Assembly (NCBI GenBank): GCA_963815835.1
Contig: CAWFIF010000006.1
Coordinates: forward strand, 875,877 to 939,876
Direction: 5' to 3'
DNA length: 64,000 bases
Source of the DNA: an uncultured delta proteobacterium
GTDB lineage: Bacteria > Desulfobacterota > Binatia > Binatales > Binataceae
Below the pieces are notes generated by a model. It worked only from the letters and a program-made list of their open reading frames with translations. It was not told the origin of the DNA and made no database searches. The translations under genes were made by a program, and so were the position numbers. This document shows positions 57,566-64,000 of this stretch, piece after piece; positions within the stretch are counted from its first letter, which is position 1; each line of letters opens with the position of its first letter.

Positions 57566-58867
57566 ATGGCCGAGCCGCTTACCTTCCAGGCGCTTGCGAG
57601 CAGTGACTACGTCCTGTCAAGCGCAGAAAACTACATCTTGTATGTTCTGCTCGAAGCGATTGCCCAGGGCGGAGGTGGCGGCGGCGGTGGTACGCGAATG
57701 CCGCTCAATCTCGGCGTCGTGATCGACCGCTCCGGCTCGATGTACGATGAGCGCCGGCTCGAGTTCGTGATCGATGCGGTCAAGTTTCTCGCCAACAATG
57801 TCGCGCCCGATGACCAGGTTGCGCTGGTCGCATTCGCCGATCGCGCCAAGGTTATTCTCGAACCTCATCAGATTCACGACAAAGGCGCCGTGCAGCGCGC
57901 GCTCGATGATATCGATCTGCTCGAAATCGGTGGCGGCACACAGATGGCGCTCGGGATGCAAGCCGCGATCGACGAGGTCAACAAGGGTCACGCACCCAAT
58001 CGCCTCAATCGCGTGCTGGTGCTGACCGATGGCCAGACCTACCAGGAAACCGCATGCACGGAGCTCGCGACCAAGTATCGCGAGGCGATGTCGTTTTCCA
58101 CCATGGGCGTCGGCGTCGAGTTCAACGAAAAGCTGCTACAGAAAATCGCGCAGGACTCCAACGGCAAGTATCACTTCATCGGCAACCCCTCCGAAATTCC
58201 CGGACTCTTCGAAGATGAGTTGCAGGGACTCCGTGCCGTCACCGTACGCAATGGCCGTATCGATGTGACTCTCTCGCAGGGCGTGCAGGTGCGTGAGGCG
58301 TTTCGCGCCAGCCCCGAGATTTACACTCTGGGCGCACCGCTGGTCGACGAGCGCAAGATCAGCTATCAGATCGGCGACCTCGAAGCCGGCGTGCCAGGCT
58401 CGGTGCTGCTCACCCTGGTGTTGCCGCCGCGCAAGCCTGGTCCGGTGCGAATCTCCTCGAACGTTTTCACTTATGAAGTTCCCGGCGTCGGCGAGCGCAA
58501 CGCTTCGGTCGACATGACGGTCGAGTACACGCTCGATCGCACGCTGACCAGCAAGCGCAACGGCCGCGTGATGAACCTGGTCGACCAGGTCTCGATCGCG
58601 AAGCTGCAGGCCAAGGCCGAAGAGGAGCTCAAGGCCGGCAATATCGATCGCGCGACGCGGCTGCTCGGCAACGCGATGCAGGGTACCCAGCGCCTCGGCA
58701 ATTCGAAGGCGACCCAAGCGCTCGCCGGATTGCTCGATCAGGTCAAGAAGACCCAGACCCTGCAGACTAAGGCCGCCAAGACCACGCTGCTGCAGGCGCA
58801 GGCGGTGGTGCGCAAGACCCAGATGCTTGATCCCGAAACGTTGAAGGAGTTTGGCAAGGACGAATAG
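57566..58867 (+). CDS. vWA domain protein (Ca-activated chloride channel homolog type)
   Basis: MIDAS DRSGS, GGT, LTDG. Confidence 0.9.
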   Translation: MAEPLTFQALASSDYVLSSAENYILYVLLEAIAQGGGGGGGGTRMPLNLGVVIDRSGSMYDERRLEFVIDAVKFLANNVAPDDQVALVAFADRAKVILEPHQIHDKGAVQRALDDIDLLEIGGGTQMALGMQAAIDEVNKGHAPNRLNRVLVLTDGQTYQETACTELATKYREAMSFSTMGVGVEFNEKLLQKIAQDSNGKYHFIGNPSEIPGLFEDELQGLRAVTVRNGRIDVTLSQGVQVREAFRASPEIYTLGAPLVDERKISYQIGDLEAGVPGSVLLTLVLPPRKPGPVRISSNVFTYEVPGVGERNASVDMTVEYTLDRTLTSKRNGRVMNLVDQVSIAKLQAKAEEELKAGNIDRATRLLGNAMQGTQRLGNSKATQALAGLLDQVKKTQTLQTKAAKTTLLQAQAVVRKTQMLDPETLKEFGKDE

Positions 58868-58991
58868 TCCCGATACCAAAGTAGAGTAGTAACCGTCATT
58901 TTCTTGATGGGGTGATGTTAGAGTTAGGGGAACGAACAGCTTGAACCGGGACGAGAAGCCTTCGACCTCACAACGAGGGGCATAGGAAAAC

Positions 58992-59645
58992 ATGATCAAG
59001 TGCAGCGAATGCGGTTACGAAAACATGGACGGACTCGATTACTGCGACGGATGCGGCGCGAAGCTCGCCGCTGCCGCAGGCGCGCCTGCGGCGGCTGGTG
59101 GCGCAGCCCCGGCTGCACCGGCGCCTGAAGCCCCGGCGGCTGAAGCTCCGCCGGCCGAGGCTGCCGCAGCGCCTGCTGCCGAAGCTCCCGCGGCCGCAGC
59201 TCCTGCCGCCGAAGTTCCCAAATCCGACGCGCCCACAGGCGAGCTCAACAAGCCCGCCGCCGCGCCGCCTCCTCCTGCCGCCGAGCCCGCTGCGGCAGTC
59301 GCGGCCTTCAAGGCGAAGTTCACCGTCGTGCGCGGTGGCCGCAAGGGTCAGGAGTTCCCACTCGAAGAGGGCAACAATCTCATCGGGCGATGGGATCCCG
59401 AGACCGGCTCATTCCCCGAGGTCGACCTCGACGCTGACGATCCGGAAGCCAAGATCTCGCGCAAGCACGCGCTCTGCCGAATCGAAAATGGTAAAATTAC
59501 GGTTGAAGATATCGGCAGCCTCAACGGCACCTATGTAAACCGTGGTCAGCGGCTGCAACCGGGAGCCCCGACAGATATCAAAAACGGCGACGAGATCATT
59601 ATTGGCAAAACGTTTCTCAAGTTGGTCGTTGAGCCGTTGGCGTAA
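58992..59645 (+). CDS. zinc-ribbon plus FHA domain protein
   Basis: CSECG..CDGCG, Ala/Pro linker, IGR..ISRKHA..D.GSLNGT. Confidence 0.92.
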   Translation: MIKCSECGYENMDGLDYCDGCGAKLAAAAGAPAAAGGAAPAAPAPEAPAAEAPPAEAAAAPAAEAPAAAAPAAEVPKSDAPTGELNKPAAAPPPPAAEPAAAVAAFKAKFTVVRGGRKGQEFPLEEGNNLIGRWDPETGSFPEVDLDADDPEAKISRKHALCRIENGKITVEDIGSLNGTYVNRGQRLQPGAPTDIKNGDEIIIGKTFLKLVVEPLA

Positions 59646-59663
59646 CGGCGGCAACTTTCTGGC

Positions 59664-59694
59664 GAGGCGCGGCATCGGCCCGCGCCTCTTTTTT
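59664..59694 (+). terminator. intrinsic terminator within the kinase cluster
   Basis: GAGGCGCGG / CCGCGCCTC stem followed by T6. Confidence 0.6.
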
Positions 59695-59723
59695 CGTGCC
59701 CCAAGGCGGGCTCGTAACACGAA

Positions 59724-61379
59724 ATGAATCCCGGTGAGGCGCTCATCGCCGGCCACCTGCTGGACGGCCGCTATCGCATCCACAAGGTGCTCGGCGTCGG
59801 CGGCATGGGCCGCGTGTACATGGCCAATGATACCCGCCTCGCCAATCGCCCGGTCGCGTGCAAGGAGATGATCGTCGGCGATGGCATCGCGGAGAAAAAA
59901 GCCGTCGAGGATTTCGCGCGCGAGGCCCGCGTGCTTGCGCTACTCTCTCATCCCGGGATTCCCAGCCTGATCGATTATTTCGTCGAAAAGGGCCGTCATT
60001 ATCTGGTGATGGAGTTCGTCGCCGGCGGCGATCTCCAAGCGATGCTCGACAAGCTCGGTCCAGGCGGAAAGCTTCCCGAGGGTCAGGTGCTGAAGTGGGC
60101 GCGCCAGATGCTCGACGTGCTGGACTTCCTGCATGGGCAGAAGCCGCCGATCGTTTATCGCGACCTCAAGCCGGGCAACATCATGATCGACAAGGACGGC
60201 CGCGCGATGTTGATCGACTTCGGAATCGCGCGTTTTCTTCCGCCGGGAGGACGCGGCACCCAGATCGGTTCGGTCGGCTATGCGCCCCCCGAGCAGTACA
60301 TGGGCAAGACCGAGCCGCGCTCCGATCTCTATTCGCTCGCGGCCACGATGCATCATTTGTTGACCGGCCGCGATCCGCAGCTCGAGCCGCCGTTCAGCTT
60401 TCCGCAACTGCGCGATCTGAATCCCGCAATATCGAAGCAGACCGCCAATGTGGTGATGCGCGCGCTCGACAAGGATCTCGACAAACGGCCGCGCAACGCG
60501 CCTGAGATGCTGAATGCTCTTCCGCCGCCGGGTCCCGACGACGGCAACTTCGTATCGACTTCGTTGCAGCCGGCGCATCAGACCGCATCGGCGGCGCCGC
60601 CGATTGCAGTGATGAAGACGGTGGTTCTCTCGGAGCCGGCGCGGGTGCAGCCCGCAGCCCCGCGCATCGTCTCTTCCAAGCCGATTCCGCCGCTCTCCTC
60701 GACGATGAAGACCATCGTGCTCAACAATCCTATCGGGGACCCGCCGGCTGCGGCGCCACGGCAAACACCCTCTGGAACTTCGCGCAAGGCGGTCGAGTTG
60801 AAGGACAAGGCGATCGCGATGCTCGGGCGCGGCATCAAGGTTGGCTTGAAGGCGATCACACCGGTCGTCAACGAACACATCATCCGCGAGCGGATGGAAC
60901 CGGCGCAAAGCCCCTCGTCGACCGCAAAGACGGCGGACCTCAGCAAACGGCGGGCTGTCACCCCCATTCGTCATGTTGCGGCGACGCCCTCGACGTCATC
61001 GAAGCCGGCGGTGAATACCAATGGCCGGGGGGCGCCTGCCACGCCTGCAAGGCCGACCGCGCATTTGATCGCGAAGGCGGAGAACCTGAAATTCAGCGTA
61101 CTCGGCGATCGCGCGGTGATCGGACGCGTGCTCGATCCCAACACCGATGCGGCGATCGATATCGATTTGAATCCGCTGCGGCAGTCGTCGGATCGCGTGT
61201 CGCGCCGTCATGCGGAAATCGTGAAACGCGGCGACAGCTTCTTCGTACGCGATCTGGGCAGTCTCAATGGCACGTTCATCGTCGGGCGCGGGAGGCTGGG
61301 ACGCGATCAACTCTACCAATTGAAAGACGGCGACCAGATGATGCTGGGCAATGCTATATTGGAATTTCGGAAGGCTTAG
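59724..61379 (+). CDS. Hanks-type Ser/Thr kinase with C-terminal FHA
   Basis: GVGGMG, VACKE, YRDLKPGN, IDFG, APPEQ, SDLYS; FHA motifs IGR..SRRHA..GSLNGT. Confidence 0.95.
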   Translation: MNPGEALIAGHLLDGRYRIHKVLGVGGMGRVYMANDTRLANRPVACKEMIVGDGIAEKKAVEDFAREARVLALLSHPGIPSLIDYFVEKGRHYLVMEFVAGGDLQAMLDKLGPGGKLPEGQVLKWARQMLDVLDFLHGQKPPIVYRDLKPGNIMIDKDGRAMLIDFGIARFLPPGGRGTQIGSVGYAPPEQYMGKTEPRSDLYSLAATMHHLLTGRDPQLEPPFSFPQLRDLNPAISKQTANVVMRALDKDLDKRPRNAPEMLNALPPPGPDDGNFVSTSLQPAHQTASAAPPIAVMKTVVLSEPARVQPAAPRIVSSKPIPPLSSTMKTIVLNNPIGDPPAAAPRQTPSGTSRKAVELKDKAIAMLGRGIKVGLKAITPVVNEHIIRERMEPAQSPSSTAKTADLSKRRAVTPIRHVAATPSTSSKPAVNTNGRGAPATPARPTAHLIAKAENLKFSVLGDRAVIGRVLDPNTDAAIDIDLNPLRQSSDRVSRRHAEIVKRGDSFFVRDLGSLNGTFIVGRGRLGRDQLYQLKDGDQMMLGNAILEFRKA

Positions 61380-61419
61380 CGGGATGTTACCTCGATCGAT
61401 CAGATTCGGTTCTTCGTGC

Positions 61420-61725
61420 GCCGTCCCTTCTCTCGCTCTTCTTTGCGAGAGAAGGTGGCCGGCGCGATTCTCGCGATGGCTGCGAGCGGAGAATCGTGAC
61501 GGACGGATGAGAGCCGCGCTCGCCGCGAGCGCGTTGGTGGAGCACCACCAACTTTTCCGCGAGGGATCATTCTGCATGAGACAGGCATGCATCAGTGGCA
61601 CTCCACCACCGTCGGGCGAAGACGCCCTCCGGCTCTCACCCGGCCGGCCTCGTTCATGCGCGCAGCCGTTGCATGAACGCCGCCGTCCCCCCTCTCTCGC
61701 AAAAAAGAGCGAGAGAGGGGACAGC
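61420..61725. repeat. REPIN/MITE-like element bounded by inverted ~45-bp palindromic repeats
   Basis: 61420-61464 (CCTTCTCTCGC..GCGAGAGAAGG) is a near reverse complement of 61681-61725 (CCCCTCTCTCGC..GCGAGAGAGGGG). Confidence 0.6.
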
Positions 61726-61739
61726 TTCAAGGGGGAGCC

Positions 61740-63815
61740 ATGATCACCTGCCCCGAATGCGGACTGCAGGCGCCCGACGATGCCAAGTTCTGCGACCGAT
61801 GCGGCCAGGGGCTGACCGCCACCGCCGCTCCCGCGCGCGTGCTCTCAACCCGTCCCACTCCGCTCGCGCCCGGCACCGTCGTTCGGGGATATGAGATCAT
61901 CGAGCTGGTAGCGCAGGATTCGGTGGAGAATCGGTATCGCGCGGTTCGTAAGGCCGATGGCCCCGCGTCCGATAAAAAGGAAGAGAAAGTCAGCCTCCGC
62001 GAGCGCATCGCGCCGGTAAGAGAGGAGCCAGAAGAAGAAGCGATCGAAGAAGCCAAGCCCGCATCGCCACCCGCACCTGCAGCGGTCGATCCTCAAGCCA
62101 AGACCGCCGAATTGAAACTTCCGCCGGGAACGTCGGCGAATGGCGATTCTGCCGCGGCACCATCGGCAGAAACACAGGCTGAAGCCTCTGCTACCAATGC
62201 CACAACCTCAGGATCGGGCGTCGATGCTGCTGGCGAAGTCGCGGCTGAAACCTCAGTCGAAGAAGCTTCCGACGCCGCACCAGTTTCAAGCGATGCTCCC
62301 ACCGCGCCGCTGTCTCCGCCCGATCACGCCAACGGTGCGGTTGCCGAAAGCGCATCGGCGGAAAATCAAACGACGCCCGAGCAGGACTTCATCAAAGAGC
62401 TGCCTAACCATTTCGCTGACGACCTCGGCGATGTGTTCGGCCGCGTGCTCGCGCTCTCGATGACGCTGGCCCATCCGGCATTCGAGAAGGCAACCTCGGG
62501 CTTCGCCAATGACGGCCGCGTCTACCTCGTCTATCCAGAGAGCACGGCGACACCGCTCTCGCGTCGCCGCGGCGGTCTCAAGATGAGCGAGCCCGAGGCA
62601 ATCGCGATTGCCGTCCAGGTGTGTCAGGCGGTTGGTTTCGTTCATCGCCGCGGCTTGCGTCTCAACGACATTTGTCCCGAGTCAGTTGCGATCGCCGCCG
62701 ACGGCCGGGTCAAGATGACTGGTCTTAGTTACGTTTCCAACGACAATGAGCTGCAGTCCGATCCGATTTTCAATGACGGTTACACCGCACCGGAAATTTA
62801 TCGCGGCAAGAAAATTGACAAGCGTGCTGACGTTTTTTCGGTCGGCGCGTTGCTCTATACGCTGCTCACCGGCGATCGCCTCCAGTCGGAAACCTGGCGC
62901 GAGGAAGCCGGACCGATCCGCTTTTATCCGCCGCACGTGGTCTCGCCCTCGATCGAACAGCTGGTTTTGCGCTCCGTCCAGTTCAATCCGGGCGATCGAT
63001 GGCCCAATATCGACGCGCTGAAGGCCGAACTGCTCAAGCAGGGCGGCGAGTTTAAAATCCGCTCGGCCGCGCTGACCGATGTCGGGATGGTGCGCGAGCT
63101 GAACGAGGATTCGGTGCTGGCGGTGGAATTTTTTCGCGATTCGCAGGTCGAACCGTCACAAAACTATCTCTACGTCGTATGCGACGGGATGGGCGGCGCC
63201 GAGGCCGGTGAGACCGCCAGCGCAATTGCCGTAGCAGCTATCCGTGACTATGTTGAAGGCAGGTTCCGTCGCGGCGAAACGCATGCGCTCGGTGACTCCC
63301 TGACCGCCGCTCTCGAGGAGGCCAATCGCCTCATCATCGAGTACCAGAAGGAGCGGCCCGAGGCGCGCGGAATGGGCTCCACCGGCGTGTGTGCCGCGAT
63401 CGTTCCTCCGGATGGTGCGGTGGCTTGGGTGGGAGACAGCCGTGCCTACATCCTCGAAGGCGGCTCTCTCCGCCAGCTCACGAAAGATCATTCGTTGGTG
63501 CAGCGATTGGTTGAGATCGGACAGATCACTGCCGAAGAGGCGCGTCATCACGAACACAAGAACGTGATCACGCGCTCGCTCGGGGCGCGTCAAAGCGGTG
63601 CGGCCGGCGCCGAGAAGGTGCCGATTAAACTGCGCCGCGGCGACAAGCTGCTGCTCTGCAGCGACGGGTTGATGGCGCATGTCGATGACGCCGCGATCGC
63701 CGAGATCATGAAACGCTACGACGATCCGTATCCAACCGCGCGCGAATTAATCGCCGCCGCCAATGCCGGCGGGGGCAGCGACAATATTTCCGTTATCGTA
63801 GTGTTTGCCAGCTAA
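61740..63815 (+). CDS. zinc-ribbon, degenerate kinase and PP2C (Stp1-like) phosphatase fusion
   Basis: CPECG..CDRCG; kinase-like LNDICPES, YTAPE, ADVFS; PP2C motifs R..NED, CDGMGG, GST, VGDSR, CSDG, DN. Confidence 0.9.
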   Translation: MITCPECGLQAPDDAKFCDRCGQGLTATAAPARVLSTRPTPLAPGTVVRGYEIIELVAQDSVENRYRAVRKADGPASDKKEEKVSLRERIAPVREEPEEEAIEEAKPASPPAPAAVDPQAKTAELKLPPGTSANGDSAAAPSAETQAEASATNATTSGSGVDAAGEVAAETSVEEASDAAPVSSDAPTAPLSPPDHANGAVAESASAENQTTPEQDFIKELPNHFADDLGDVFGRVLALSMTLAHPAFEKATSGFANDGRVYLVYPESTATPLSRRRGGLKMSEPEAIAIAVQVCQAVGFVHRRGLRLNDICPESVAIAADGRVKMTGLSYVSNDNELQSDPIFNDGYTAPEIYRGKKIDKRADVFSVGALLYTLLTGDRLQSETWREEAGPIRFYPPHVVSPSIEQLVLRSVQFNPGDRWPNIDALKAELLKQGGEFKIRSAALTDVGMVRELNEDSVLAVEFFRDSQVEPSQNYLYVVCDGMGGAEAGETASAIAVAAIRDYVEGRFRRGETHALGDSLTAALEEANRLIIEYQKERPEARGMGSTGVCAAIVPPDGAVAWVGDSRAYILEGGSLRQLTKDHSLVQRLVEIGQITAEEARHHEHKNVITRSLGARQSGAAGAEKVPIKLRRGDKLLLCSDGLMAHVDDAAIAEIMKRYDDPYPTARELIAAANAGGGSDNISVIVVFAS

Positions 63816-63819
63816 GACT

Positions 63820-64000
63820 ATGGCTGGAACAGGACCGCTCAATCCCGGCACGCTGCTCGCAAGTCGCTACCTGGTCGAGCGAATGATCGGCGGCGGCGGG
63901 ATGGGAGTGGTGTATCTCGCGCGCGACCAGCGCCTCGCCAATCGTCCTTGCGCGATAAAGGAGATGGTCGATCACTTCCTCGATCAGCAGCAGCGGCTGG
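63820..64000 (+). CDS. Ser/Thr kinase, 5' part (runs off the window)
   Basis: RY....IGGGGMGVVYLARD..L..RPCAIKEM. Confidence 0.9.
   Translation, partial: MAGTGPLNPGTLLASRYLVERMIGGGGMGVVYLARDQRLANRPCAIKEMVDHFLDQQQRL

Noticed and set aside
59070-59310. Ala/Pro/Glu-rich repeats (also the acidic tract at 40540-40760)
   Set aside because: Low-complexity protein linkers, not DNA repeat arrays
1-64000. CRISPR array, rRNA, prophage structural genes
   Set aside because: No spaced direct repeats, rRNA signatures or phage hallmark genes seen by eye

Overview
GC-rich bacterial chromosomal window. The DUF1329, SDR, enoyl-CoA hydratase, thiolase/DUF35 and cyclase content suggests a Candidatus Binatota or deltaproteobacteria-like soil organism (inference). 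The backbone is housekeeping and metabolic: a dpp-type ABC transporter, ppx-CHAD-sixA, polX, ddl-rdgB, MoxR/CoxE, thyX, pyrD and pcp. It ends in a vWA-FHA-Ser/Thr kinase-PP2C signalling cluster. Several AT-richer accessory patches look like decayed conflict or defence loci. (i) An Abi-like membrane gene followed by an attC-like site is split by an IS5 (10786-12776). (ii) A RusA-like gene is paired with a PD-(D/E)XK-HEPN gene (26653-27769). (iii) A dCTP-deaminase island with a DnaA-box cluster lies just 3' of a non-canonical tRNA-like gene, whose 5' end is fused to a bactofilin 3' fragment (32605-34999). (iv) A nucleotidyltransferase N-terminus and a TIM-barrel C-terminus are joined across a second copy of the same IS5 (49216-51102). 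Also notable are a divergent Qnr-like pentapeptide protein, a probable attenuator upstream of an ABC exporter, and a PAS-HisKA-REC protein lacking the ATPase domain. No CRISPR array or rRNA was seen. All calls come from motif recognition by eye; no searches were run.
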